Shown here: positions 25,552-38,182 of the stretch, in pieces
Layout of the letters: every line of letters starts with the position of its first letter
How positions within the stretch are numbered: position 1 is the first letter of the stretch
Assembly: GCF_006345805.1 (NCBI RefSeq)
Contig: NC_043026.1
Location: 11,759,579-11,823,578 of the forward strand
Length of the DNA: 64,000 bases
From: Octopus sinensis
Taxonomy: Eukaryota
Direction of reading: 5' to 3'
The notes under the pieces: generated by a model
What the model was told of the DNA's origin: nothing
Seen by the model: the letters and a program-made list of their open reading frames with translations, nothing else
The model's database searches: none
Program-made: the position numbers and the translations under genes

Positions 25552-25589
25552 ATTTACGGGAACTAACTCTTCTCAGAGCCCATTGTATG

Positions 25590-26177
25590 TATATGTATAT
25601 GTTTGTTCCCCAACATTGCTTGACAACTGATGCCGGGTGCTTATGTCTCTGTAACTTAGCAGTTCGGCAAAAGAGACCGACAGGATAAAAACTAGGCTTA
25701 CAAAGAATAAGTCCAAGTGTTGATTTGTTCAACTAAAGGCGATGCTCCAGCATGGCTGCAGTCAAATGACTGAAACAAGTAATAGAACAAAGAATATATA
25801 CATATATCTCTCTTACTCTTTACTCTTTTACTTGTTTCAGTCATTTGACTGCGGCCATGCTGGAGCACCGCCTTTAGTCGAGCAAATCGACCCCGGGACT
25901 TATTCTTTGTAAGCCCAGTACTTATTCTATCGGTCTCTTTTGCTGAACTGCTAAGTGACGGGGACATAAACACACCAGCATCGGTTGTCAAGCAATGTTG
26001 GGAGGACAAACACACACGGGGATTCTTTCAGTTTCCGTCTACCAAATCCACTCACAAGGCTTTGGTCGGCCCGAGGCTATAGTAGAAGACACTTGCCCAA
26101 GGTGCCACGCAGTGGGACTGAACCCAGAACCATGTGGTTGGTAAGCAAGCTACTTACCACACATCCACTCTTGCGCC
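25590..26177. mobile_element. Tail-to-tail SINE A pair (25590-25785 +, 25812-26177 -)
   Basis: Family match in opposite orientations. Confidence 0.82.
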
Positions 26178-26299
26178 TATATGGGCGATTGAGCTTAGAT
26201 AAAATGTGAAATATCTCAAATTCTAAATGCAAATCCACTGCACTTAACATGGAGAAAATTTCTTTCTAATGTTAAAAAAGTGTAAAAACACCATATCTA

Positions 26300-26637
26300 T
26301 CCAATGCTTCCTTCAGCTGGACCCCAGACATGTCTGTAGCACTTTACCATCTGAACGTGGCTGATGCCGGCGCCACCTTGACTGGCTTCCGTGCCGGTGG
26401 CACGTTAAAAGTACCAACCGATCGTGGCCGCTGCCAGACTCCCCTGGTACCTGTGCCGGAGGCACATAAAAAGCACCCACTACACTCATGGAGTGGTTGG
26501 CGTTAGGAAGGGCATCCAGCTGTAGAAACACTGCCAGATCAGACTGGAGCCTGGTGCAGCCTCCTGGCTCCCAGACCCCGGTTGAACCGTCCAACCCATA
26601 CTAGCACGGAAAACGGACGTTAAACGACGACGATGAT
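26300..26637 (+). mobile_element. Family C short retroelement
   Basis: Family match. Confidence 0.78.
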
Positions 26638-27211
26638 AATTCTCCCTCTTTGTTTCTCTCTCCTTTCTCTCTCACTTCCCCACTCTCTTACTCTTCCTTT
26701 CTCTCGGACTCTCCCTCGCTTTCTCTTACTCTCTATCTTTATCTATCTCTCTCCCATTTATAAACAACAAAAGATCTTGAGTAAGTTGAGAAATAAAATA
26801 TTTAGAAAGATCAATCATAAATATCAGGCAGTAACAACGGAAAGGTCTGCTTCAAGGCAGACAGCAAAACACTAACATTTAAAAGGGACAGACGAACTTG
26901 CAAGCTGAATAAAAATAATAAAATATTGGAAACCAAAGTTTGAAGGGATAGAATCTGAGGGTAGTAGAGTCAGCATGGATGGCATTTCTTAACGACGGAC
27001 AGCAACGTTTTGACAGTTTAACCCCTGTCGAACCGTCCAACCCGTGCTAGCGCGGAAAACGGACATTAAACGATGATGATGATGATGATGAATAGGGATG
27101 TCTCGGGTTCAGACTTAAAACTGTATATTTAACTGAAACACTGTCAGCAAAATTGATTGGGTTGTGACATTAGACCACTGGGTTGGGAAAAAAGTTACAT
27201 GCATATATACA

Positions 27212-27545
27212 GGCGCAGGAGTGGCTGTGTGGTAAGTAGCTTGTTTACCAGCCACATGGTTCCGGGTTCAGTCCCACTGCATGGCACCTTGGGCAAGTGT
27301 CTTCTACTATAGCATTGGGCCGACCAAAGCCTTGTGAGTGGATTTGGTAGACGGAAACTGAAAGAAGCCTGTCGTATATATGGTGTGTTTATGTCCCCGT
27401 TACTTAGCGGTTCGGCAAAAGAGACCGATAGAATAAGTACTGGGCTTACAAAAGAATAAGTCCCAGGGTCGAGTTACTCGATTAAAAGCAGTGCTCCAGC
27501 ATGGCCGCAGTCAAATGACTGAAACAAGTAAAAGAGTAAAGAGTA
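27212..27545 (+). mobile_element. SINE A with an internal deletion
   Basis: Family match. Confidence 0.85.
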
Positions 27546-27574
27546 ATACATACATACACATATATAGATGTGTA

Positions 27575-28005
27575 TCATCATCACTGTTTAACATCTGCTT
27601 TCCATGCTAGCATGGGTTGGACGATTTTGACTGAGGGCTGGCGAACCAGATGGCTGCACCAGGCTCCAATCTTGATCTAGCAGAGTTTCTACAGCTGGAT
27701 GCCCTTCCTAATGCCAATCACTCCGAGAGTGTAGTGGGTGCTTTTTGTCGTGCCACCGGCACGGGGACCAGTCAGGCGGTACTGGCAATGACCTCACTCA
27801 AATCTTTTTACACATGCCACTGGTACAGGTTCCAGTGAAGCAACATTGGTAACGGTCACGCTCGAATGGTGCCCTTTTACGTACCACGGGTATGGAAGCC
27901 AGTTGGCTGCTCTGGCAACGATCACACTTGGATGGTGCTCTTGGCACCCTACTAGCATAGGCATAAGTGCCAGTAAAGCGACACTGGTAACGATCATCCT
28001 TTTAT
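27575..28005 (-). mobile_element. Family C short retroelement
   Basis: Family match. Confidence 0.75.
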
Positions 28006-28392
28006 AATGGGTGGAATTATCTTTTATAATTTGCATATTGAATGCTAAGACAGTAATTGTACAGTCATATTATCATTGATCTCTAGGAGTACACTCCTAG
28101 AGTACACTAGGAGTATTTTCCTAAAAGATGCAGCCCCTAGGTCACATGCAACCCTCGAAGAGTTTCTAGGTTGCTAATTTCATACTAAGGCAAATAAAAT
28201 TAAGAAGAACTGCAAAAAATTCAGTGTAAAGTGGACAAGTAATATTTCATGCATTTGTGTTTTATCATGCAGCCCTCTCCCACTTGGAAATGGTATGAAG
28301 CGACCCTCAGTTGACAGAAAGTTACCTATTCCTGACCTAGAATGCCAAAAGAAATAACTCTAGAAATGTTTTATGCCATATATATATTCGGT

Positions 28393-29064
28393 TACTCTTT
28401 TTTTACTCTTTTACTTGTTTCAGTCATTTGACTGCGGCCATGCTGGAGCACCGCCTTTAGTCGAGCAAATCGACCCCGGGACTTATTCTTTTTTGTAAGC
28501 CCAGTACTTATTCTATCGGTCTCTTTTGCCGAACCGCTAAGTGACGGGGACGTAAACACACCAGCATCGGTTGTCAAGCAATGCTGGGGGGACAAACACA
28601 TACATATATATATACACATACATATATACGACAGGCTTCTTTCAGTTTCCGTCTACCAAATCCACTCACAAGGCATTGGTCGACCCGGGGCTATAGCAGA
28701 AGACACTTGCGCAAGATGCCACGCAGTGGGACTGAACCCGGAACCATGTGGTTGGTTAGCAAGCTACTTACCACACAGCCACTCATCTATTTTTCACTTC
28801 TTTTATATCAGTAATTGCTTAGGTCCCTTCCAAATATTTTTTACATTATTCAGAAGGCTATAAATTGATAGAGCAAAAAATATGCTGGAGAAATACACAA
28901 ATGGCGCAGGTGTGGCTGTGTGGTAAGTAGCTTGCTTACCAACCACATGGTTCCGGGCTCAATCCCACTGCGTGGCACCTTGGGCAAGTGTTTCTAATAT
29001 AGCCTCGGGCCAACCAAAGCCTTGTGAGTGGATTTGGTAGACAGAAACTGAAAAGAAGCCCGTC

Positions 29065-29115
<51 letters not shown>

Positions 29116-29332
29116 CATGTTTGTGTGTCTGTGTTTGTCCCCTTAGCATTGCTTGACAACCGATGCTGGTGTGTTTATGTCCCCGTTACTTAGCGGTTCG
29201 GTAAAAGAGACCAATAGAATAAGTACTGGGCTTACAAAAAGAATAAGTCCCAGGGTCGAGTTGCTCGATTAAAGGCGGTGCTCCAGCATGGCCGCAGTCA
29301 AATGACTGAAAGAAGTAAAAGAGTAAGAGTAA
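28393..29332. mobile_element. Head-to-head SINE A pair (28393-28784 -, 28913-29332 +)
   Basis: Two near-full-length copies about 130 bp apart. Confidence 0.88.
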
Positions 29333-29402
29333 ATGTCAAATGCCTTGCAAATAGAAAAAGTGGAGTACAGGAAAACAATGACCAGTAAGTGTGTTTATAG
29401 GT

Positions 29403-29408
29403 TTTATT
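29403..29408 (-). promoter_or_regulatory. Putative polyadenylation signal of ZNF-C, displaced by a Helitron insertion
   Basis: AATAAA at the paralogous position, 5 nt beyond the Helitron 3' end. Confidence 0.4.
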
Positions 29409-29413
29409 AATTA

Positions 29414-31969
29414 CTAGCAGATTTGTCCGGCGTTGCTCGGGGCTAAATAGCTTGAAAGTACTGTTAATGATTGCACTGAATTATGATGATTGTTCAGGCA
29501 AATATTGATATAAGTTTACGGCGAATGAATGTATTTGTAAGTGTATAGAAAGCCGTGTAAAGGGGTTCCTACCCCCTCGTAGAATGGTGTAAGAATTGCA
29601 TGTGAGGTGAGCTGTGCAGGGGGCTGAAATCATTATCCCTTGTCATGAAGTGGTATGAGTAAAAAGCTATACATGAAACAGTTTTAGATGTCGCAGCAGT
29701 GGGCTTGTTTGGTTTGTGGTGAGGAATGCCGAAATGGTACCCGTCTTCTCCATACGGAAAAAGAAGGGGATACTGCAGGGCGTCATATGACCGATGCGTC
29801 TCATTAATACACTTCAGCTCTGTCTGGCCCCGTGTTGGTGGCACGTAAAAGCACCATCCGCTCGTGTTCGTTGCCAGCCTTGGCTGGCCCTGTGCCGGTG
29901 ACACGTAAAAGCACCATCCGTTCGTGGCCGTTGTGCCAGCTCTGTCTGGCACCTGTGCAGGTGGCACGTAAAAAACACCCACTACACTCGCGGAGTGGTT
30001 GGCGTTAGGAAGGGCATCCAGCTGTAGAAACACTGCCAGATCTGACTGGGCCTGACGAAGCCTTCCAGCTTCACAGACCCCAGTTGACCCGTCCAACCCA
30101 TGCTAGCATGGAAAGCGGACGCTAAATGATGATGATGATGATGATGATGAATGCCGAAATGGTACCCGTCTTCTCCATATGGAAAAAGAAGGGGATACTG
30201 CAGGGCGTCATATGACTGATGTGTCTCATTAATACGCTGAAGACCACTGTCGCGGCTTTGAAGAACTATGTCTCGCTGATTGTGCTGTTCACCATGGAGA
30301 ACTATGGCCACTTCATTGCACGAAGGAGCGTTATATCGGCGTGCGTGCTCCCCAGAAGGCCTTTTGTCAGCATCGATGACAATGGTGAATGTTGGTGAAG
30401 GGCTGTTTCCAAGGCGTATTTGAAACTGCGAATATAGCTGTTGTGCTCATGAAGCATGTTTTGCAGACTGAGCAGCACGTCCCTGGCGAAATTGTCAGCG
30501 TCAGTGTTTGCAGGTTGTGGAATTACGCCAAAACACAAATCAAGTTGCCTATTATAATTTGAAATGAAATAAATTTGAAGGAACGAAGGTTTGCAATTTT
30601 GTAGTGGCTGGAGTACACCTGGCCCTGGACCTTGAAAGTAGGCATCCAACCAGTTTCTCTGACAACGTTAGCCCCGAAAGAAGTCATCTGAAATGCACAA
30701 TTGTACTTCCTGATGAGTTGAAGGAATTTTGATGACCTTGAGGTGGAACCAGTAAGTAATTCCTTCAAAGGGTCGGGCAGCTCCCAAAGAGGGGGCAAGC
30801 TGACCTTACCATTTAAGCAGCACATTGCAGGTGGTTCCCCAGCCCACTTTTTAGCATTGCAGAATTGGCAATTGAAGCACATTTCCCCAATATTTATGTC
30901 AGAGTGCATCGAGTAATTGAAGTTGGGCTCATACTTGAAAGTCCGTAGATGCCAGTAGGGGCTGTTTGGACTCGTCAGACTGCGGGTAGCCTCGCGGCAT
31001 CGACTGTTCCGCTGGAATGTAGAACGTTGCTGGTCTGAGTCGTGGGAATGTGTCGCATGAGTAGCAGAAGCGAAGTTTGCAATGGTAATGTACCGGCCAT
31101 CTGCATCTTGAGAAGGCATGGAAGCAGTGCAATGCGCCTCGTTCGTATGAAGGTGAGTGGTCGGTAGTTCTAAATGTTCCAAAAATGTTGAAGCAGCAGT
31201 AGCCGCAGCGTTTGTAGGTAGATAGGTGATCCTCTGTTGATTTGACTTTTGGTTGACCTAGCTGAGGTCGTAGGTGAAAGGGATAGAATCAATCAGTTTT
31301 TGACAGGATAAAGAAAAATGTTGTTGTGGTGGTTTGAGGTTGATAGTGTTATGTTGTCTGTACAGAAATAAAATTGAATTGTTGGTGTGTGTTTGCAAAT
31401 GTGTTCGAATGAGAAAGTGAATTGTGTTTGGCGCCTTTTTTACTAATAACAAACACACACGTGTGTGTGTTTGACTGTTTGTATGTAGTTGTTTGAAACG
31501 TTTGTGTTTGTCACTGTCATATATGTATATGTTTGCGTGTCTATGTGAGTGTGTGTGAGGAGTAAATCGTTATGTATTAATTTTTTTCTCTGTTTCCTCT
31601 CTGTCTTTTTTTTGAGGAGTGGTTTAAGCATTAATAAGAGAAAGTAGCAGAATGTGTGATGTTGAATGTATTTTTAAGAGTGGTAGAAAGAGGATATGAG
31701 AGTGGTATACACTTGCAAAGAGAAAGTAGCAGAAAGTGTGGTAATAGAAGGAGAAAACCAGTTGAAATGAGAGAGGCAAATCGTAAAATATTGAGTTTTA
31801 TCGAATTTTTGCTTAATTGGGGGTCAAATTGAAAAAAATTTATATGCCATGACCCAATCGAATCTACTTCGAAAAATCATAGCTAAATTCCAATTGAAGA
31901 AATTCTATATTGTACAATCGTATAGCAAAGAAACATAGTCACAGACAGAGAAAATCTGCCTTTTATAGA
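29414..31969 (-). mobile_element. Helitron deletion derivative with degenerate Rep/helicase N-terminal fragments
   Basis: 5' TC, 3' hairpin + CTAG, inserted between A and T. Fragments CQFCNAKKWAGEPPAMCCLNGKV, KYNCAFQMTSFG, PTFKVQGQVY and RINETHQSYDALQYPLLFPYGEDGY are typical Helitron motifs. Confidence 0.92.
29811..30148 (+). mobile_element. Family C element inside the Helitron, flanked by an 87-bp duplication
   Basis: 29724-29810 is repeated at 30149-30235. Confidence 0.88.
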
Positions 31970-32530
31970 TTATGATGATTCTTCCCAAATATAACAATAT
32001 TGGTCTCAACACAGTAAACACATTCACAATCCAGAAGAAATTGCTTTTATGAAAAATGTTGCAGAGTTAGGATATCCCAAGTGTTTAGGTGTTTTAATAT
32101 AAAATAACATAAAATACAGTGTGGGGAGACTGTTGGCATAGATGTTATGTCTCCTTTCCAATGTGAATACATTTACAGTTATAGATGAGGGTGTTTATTC
32201 CTGATTTCCATACAAAGAAATTTGAGAGGTTACTATAAGAGGTTGGCATAATTAAAAGTTCAACCAGCTGTAAAAGACTACCTCAGAAAGGCAGCTATGA
32301 TGAGTGGTTTGGTTTATGTCATGGGTAAAGTTCACAAAGCTAAGGTTACCTCACTTCAGGAAGAACTTAAAATGCTTGATGACAATATTAAGAATTTTCA
32401 CATTGGTACAGTTACACTTCTGCAGGGATACATACAAGTCCAGTTAAGCTACAACTTTGAGAGAATGATTTACCACAAATCTCACAGTAAAGTGGCTTCT
32501 ATCCTCTGTGAACACATTTAAGCATTTTTA

Positions 32531-32749
<219 letters not shown>

Positions 32750-32828
32750 TTATATGTTTGTATTTGTGTATTGTTAAGAGGATATTCGTAGTAAATGATT
32801 TACCATACACATAATGGTAATGTGGCTC

Positions 32829-34104
32829 CTACACTGTATGAGTGCGTTTGTGTCTTCTTAACTTACTACTTTCACAGAATGATTTACCACAAATATCACA
32901 ACAATAAGGTTTCTCTCCCGTGTGAATACGTTTATGTATTATTAAGGAACTACTGACTGAGAATGATTTGCAGCAGATATCACATTCATATGGCTTCTCC
33001 TCTGTATGAACACGTTCGTGAGAAATGAGATAACTACATCCAGTGAAGGACTCACCACAGATATCACACTGATATGGCTTCTCTCCTGTATGAATGCAGT
33101 GGTGTGTACTTAAGTGACTACTTCCAGTAAATGATTTACCACAGATACTACAGTGATATCTCTCCTGAATGAACACGTTTGTGTTTAGTTAGGGTAGAAT
33201 TCTGAGAGAATGCTTTACCACAGAGATCACAGCGATATGGCTTCTCACCTGTATGACTTCGCTTGTGAGAATTTAAGACACTACTTCCAGAGAAAGATTT
33301 ACCACAAATGCCACATTGATATGGCCTTTCTCCAGTATGTAAACGTTGGTGGAATGCTAAGCTGCTATGTATAGAGTATGATTTACCACAGATATCACAG
33401 CAGTAGGGCTTTTCTCCTGTATGAATACGCTTATGAGAAGTTAGGTATTGAAATTGAGAGAAAGATTTGCCACAAATACCACAGTAATTTGCTGACTCCC
33501 CTGTATGAATACGTTTGTGTGTAGTCAGGCTTCCATTCTGAGAGAATGATTTGCCACAGATATCACACTGATATGGCTTCTCTCCTGTATGAACACGTTG
33601 GTGAGATCTTAATATGCTTTGTACAGCGAATGATTTACCACAGATATCACAGCAATATGGCTTCTCTCCTGTATGAATTCGCTTGTGAAAATAAAAAGCA
33701 CTCCCTCGAGAGAATGATTTACCACAAATAGCACAATGATATGGCTTCTCTCCTGTATGAATACGTTGGTGTGTAGTTAACTGATCACTTCCACAGAATG
33801 ATTTACCACAGATATCACAGTGATATGGTTTCTCTCCCGTGTGAATACGTTTGTGTTTAGTTAGGCTTCCATTCTGAGAGAATGATTTACCACAGATATT
33901 ACACTGATATGGCTTCTCTCCAGTATGAACACGTTTGTGTGTAGTCAGATGTGCACTCTGAGAGAACGATATACCACAGATATCACAGCAATATGGTTTC
34001 TCTCCCGTATGAATACGCTTATGTTTAATTAGGTGACTCTTCTGGGAGAATGACTTTTTACAGATATCAAGGTCACACGATAGTTTTCTGGTATCCTTAG
34101 GCAT
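32829..34104 (-). pseudogene. ZNF-C: 11 in-frame fingers, then a 5-bp deletion frameshift and 4 out-of-frame fingers (truncated gene or pseudogene)
   Basis: The ORF from MPKDTRK (ATG about 34104) runs to 33148. The linker lacks GGCTT at 33159/33160, and fingers 12-15 continue in another frame to the stop at 32829. Confidence 0.85.
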
Positions 34105-34743
34105 GTCTTCAGGGAAAAAAATCAATTCAAGTTTTTGACGTTTGTGCAATATTTTCCATCTCAAGTCAATATATTCTATATATATATGTATTGATTTTTT
34201 TTTATTGTTTATTATTAACCATTTTCTTCAGCTGCTGTTTTTCTGCCCAATATTACCTTTATCTAAAAACTCTTAGGAAAATCTATCCAATTAACATACA
34301 AAATCATTTCGTATACTCTCCAGATTATGACACAGAAATTTTGCACATAATCTCAGTTCAGAGCAAAATGTCATTGGAATTTTACAATGAGTTCATAGCA
34401 ACAGTGCTAGCTGTCTCTTCCATATAGCATTTTCATTCAGTCTTCAAATGATGGTATGTATTGAAGGTGCATCTTCTGTTATGCCAGTAACATTTGTTAT
34501 TCTGAAAAATAACAAAGAAACATCAGTTTAAAATATAGAGACTACTTGAAAAACAGAAATTCAATTGTGGGAAATTTATAACATTTCTATAGAGATTATT
34601 TGCAGGAACAAATACTTACCTTAACAACTGATCATTTTCATTTACTAATATTTACGTAACAGAATTTTGTGTGAAACATACACAAGAGCTACACCTTCAC
34701 ATTTTGTTAACATTATATATATTTTGCATATATATATATATAT

Positions 34744-34983
34744 ATATTGTTGTATTTAGGAAGGGTCATTTTGCCAGTTTAGCCAATAAAAACACACGCA
34801 CTATATATTTGGTGTTACTTTGGTTCAGTGTTATTCATTTTTTACATTAATCTTAATCGGCGAAATAAGATTAAGATTAATGTAAAAAATAAATAACACT
34901 GAAGCAAAGTAACACCAAATATATAGTGCGTGTGTTTTTATTGGCTAAACTGGCAAAATGACCATTCCTAAATACAACAATAT
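34744..34983. repeat. Near-perfect palindrome, 115-bp arms, 10-nt loop
   Basis: Arms at 34744-34858 and 34869-34983. Confidence 0.9.
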
Positions 34984-35161
34984 CTGTTTCAACACACGAC
35001 TTCACATAAAAAATCTTGCACAACAAATATTTAAACGTATATATATATATATATATATATAGTCAAAATAAGGGTGAAAAAATTGGACATTAATTAATAA
35101 CATCAATTTAAACACCAAGTGGCCTAGCGTATAAAAGACTGGGATTCAGTAGATATTATTA

Positions 35162-35343
35162 ATACAAAACTATGAGAGAGAATCCACTATGTGGACGCTC
35201 TAACGCTAGATATAGATCCGCAAAGGGAATCCACCACCAAAGAATTGTTCTCAAGAACAATTCTTTGGTGGTGGATTCCCCTTGCGGATCTATATCTAGC
35301 GTTAGAGCGTCCACATAGTGGATTCTCTCTCATAGTTTTGTAT
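35162..35343. repeat. Near-perfect palindrome, 90-bp arms, 2-nt loop
   Basis: Centre at 35252-35253; one mismatch seen. Confidence 0.92.
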
Positions 35344-35664
35344 ATATATATATATATCTGCAGTTCTATCATGAAAAACAAAACAAACCATTCGATGACC
35401 TATAATAAAACATTGAAGTTGCGAACTGGCGCAATCATTAGCATACCAGGCAAAATGCTTAGCAACATTTCGAGCGTCTTTACGTTCTTAGTTCAAATTC
35501 CGCCGAAGTCGAATTTGCATTTCATCTTTTCGGGGTCGATAAAATAAGTACCGGTTAAGCACTGGAATTGATGTAATCGACTGTCTCACCAGCTAAATTG
35601 CCGGCCTTGTGACAAAATTTGAAACTAAATTATTAAAAAATCAGTGAAGCGTGATACAAAATAT

Positions 35665-36080
35665 TTCTAAAACTACATCACACAACAAACTAACGTAGCA
35701 ACGATGGACAGGCAACAAAGTAGGTTTCAGAGCAAGAAATAGCAGCCAAATCACGCACAACCCTCACACACAAGCATCTATCTGACTCATACACTGTTCA
35801 CTTCCCAGACATTTGTACATTACTGCATATACCTTATTTCTCAAACTACATCACACAACAAACTAACGTAGCAACGATGGACAGGCAACAAAGTCGGTTT
35901 CAGAGCAAGAAATAGCAGCCAAATCACGCACAACCACACACACAAGCATCTATCTGACTCATACACTGTTCACTTCCCAGACATTTGTACTTTACTGCAT
36001 ACACTTTATACGCACTTTCTGACAAGTTGTGGTGCACCTGAGCACTGTATACAATAATTTCATTATTATTATTATTATTT
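35665..36080. repeat. ~170-bp tandem duplication including a LINE-like 3' tail ending in (ATT)n
   Basis: Direct repeat of the conserved intron block plus CAAGCATCTATCTGACTC... Confidence 0.75.
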
Positions 36081-36162
36081 ATATTTCATGTATAAAAGAC
36101 GCGTCAAAAAACGAACGTCTACAATATTAAAAGATGGAATATTTTCATTGTTGAATACTTAC

Positions 36163-36455
36163 GGAAATGTTTTATAAAGAATAGTGTTATGACTGTATGT
36201 GTAGTGGTTGAGAAATGTACTGTATAGAATTATGGGAAAACGCCTTATGACCGTCTGTGAGGGTTAGTAGCTGTGCAAGGTGCTTGATTAAAAGGAATTC
36301 ATGAAGCAGACAAAAAATTCAGTGAAGAAAGAAACGGAAGCCAGTTTAGTGCGCATGCGTCTCTCAAGAACTATTTTAAGGCAGCACGCTTAGTACGCAT
36401 GCACTCACCATTCCCTCGCATACGCAATTTACGGGAGATAACTCTCTTCAGAGCC
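36163..36455 (-). promoter_or_regulatory. Putative first exon/promoter of ZNF-C (intron about 34502-36162)
   Basis: GTAAGT donor at 36162, GCGCATGCG at about 36351, 30-bp motif at 36425-36454, acceptor at 34502. Confidence 0.65.
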
Positions 36456-36571
36456 CCTTTTCTCTCAGATCTTTGCAAAGCTTTGCAAGGCGTACCAGGC
36501 TATAGTGCTTTCTCCTGCGCTGTATGGAGTGAAATCTGGCCGGTCTATAAGGCTCAAGCAGACAAGTTACA

Positions 36572-36960
36572 TGAATAGCTTGCTAACCAACCACATGGTT
36601 CCGGGTTCAGTCCCACTGCGTGGCATCTTGGGCAAGTGTCTTCTGCTATAGCCTCGGGCCGACCACTGCTTTGTGAGTGGATTTGGTAGACGGAAACTGA
36701 AAGAAGCCTGTCGTATATATGTATATATGTATGTATTTGTGCGTATGTTTGTGTGTCTGTGTTTGTCCCCCTAGCATTGCTTGACAACCGATGCTGGTGT
36801 GTTTACGTCCCCGTCACTTAGCGGTTCGGCAAAAGAGACCGATAGAATAAGTACTGGGCTTACAAAAGAATGAGTCCCGGGGTCGATTTGCTCGACTAAA
36901 GGCGGTGCTCCAGCATGGCCGCAGTCAAAAGGACTGAAACAAGTAAAAGAGTAAAGAGAG
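36572..36960 (+). mobile_element. SINE A, slightly 5'-truncated
   Basis: Family match. Confidence 0.85.
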
Positions 36961-36974
36961 AATATTACTCTTTT

Positions 36975-37205
36975 TGACAAGATCAGGAAGGAAGAGATAT
37001 CCTAGGGTGTGCTGGTCCGTCCTCTTACGGTGGAAATCCTCGTTGATAGAAACTTACGTTGGTTTGGCCATGTACCAAGGATGGATAACAACTGACACCC
37101 CAGACAAATCCTTTACTCCCAACACTGCAATCGGAAAAGAATACAGGGAAAACCTGGACTGAGATTCAAAGATACTGCAAAAAACGAACATGAAGTGGAA
37201 AGGAA
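36975..37205 (+). mobile_element. Degenerate RTE LINE C-terminal fragment
   Basis: Manual translation LRWFGHVPRMDNN*HPRQILYSQ..GKPGLRFKD. Confidence 0.7.
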
Positions 37206-37218
37206 ATCAGCATAATCC

Positions 37219-37665
37219 TCATCATCATCGTTTAACGTCCGTTCTCCATGCTAGCATGGGTTGGACGGTTCGACCGGGGATCTGGGAAGCCAGAAGGCTG
37301 CACCAGGCTCCAGTCTTATCTGGCAATGTTTCTACAGCTGGATGCCCTTCCTAATGCCAACCACTCCGTGAGTGTAGTGGGTGGTTTTTACGTGCCACCT
37401 GCACAGGTGCCAGGCTAGGCTGGCAACGGCCACGGTCGGATTGGTGTATTTTACATGCCACCGGCACGGAAGCCAGTCGAGGCGGCACTGGCATCGGCCA
37501 CGAGTCAGATAGTGCTTTTTACATACCACCAGACCAGGGATCCTGGCTGGTTCAATTCGATTTCGATTTCGCTTGCCCCAACGTCTTTGCAAGCAATCGT
37601 TCAACGTCCGTTCTCCATGCTAGCATGGGTTGGACGGTTCGACCAGGGATCTGAGGAGCCAGAAT
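37219..37665 (-). mobile_element. Family C element plus a second tail fragment
   Basis: Family match. Confidence 0.78.
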
Positions 37666-38182
37666 CCGTTTGTCTGTCCTTGTTTGTCCTCTCTGTGTTT
37701 AGCTCCTTGTGGGTAGTAAAAAAAAAATATGTATTTCGTCTGCCATTACGTTCTGGGTTCAAATTTGCATGTTGATAACCAGTGCAAAAAGATGTTTTCT
37801 TGGAGTTAAAATAACACTTGTTCGGCATGGAACAGCCACGTAAAAGTGATAACTGCCTTTACTGATATCATGTGAATCTCTTTCAGTGATTTAAAACCAG
37901 CTACATAATATCACTGATCTCTGGGAATATATTTCTCATGAATTTACCTACAATGTCAAAATAAACCATTTTCTTGCCTCCAAGAATGTTATATGTAGTG
38001 TATTTATTTTGTTGGTTGTGTATTTTTTTTTGTACATATTTTACAACATCAAATATTTTCACATTATTCAAAGGCTACAGATCGATACAGCAAAAAATAT
38101 TCTGGAAAGATAAACAAGCACCAACTGCCTTGGAAATAAAGAAGTGAAATACAGGTGAACAATAACAGGTGTGTTTATAGGC

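Noticed and set aside
34105-34164. N-terminal extension [20 protein letters not shown] of ZNF-C
   Set aside because: The T-run upstream of the conserved ATG varies in length among paralogues, so the frame is not conserved; it is treated as 5' UTR.
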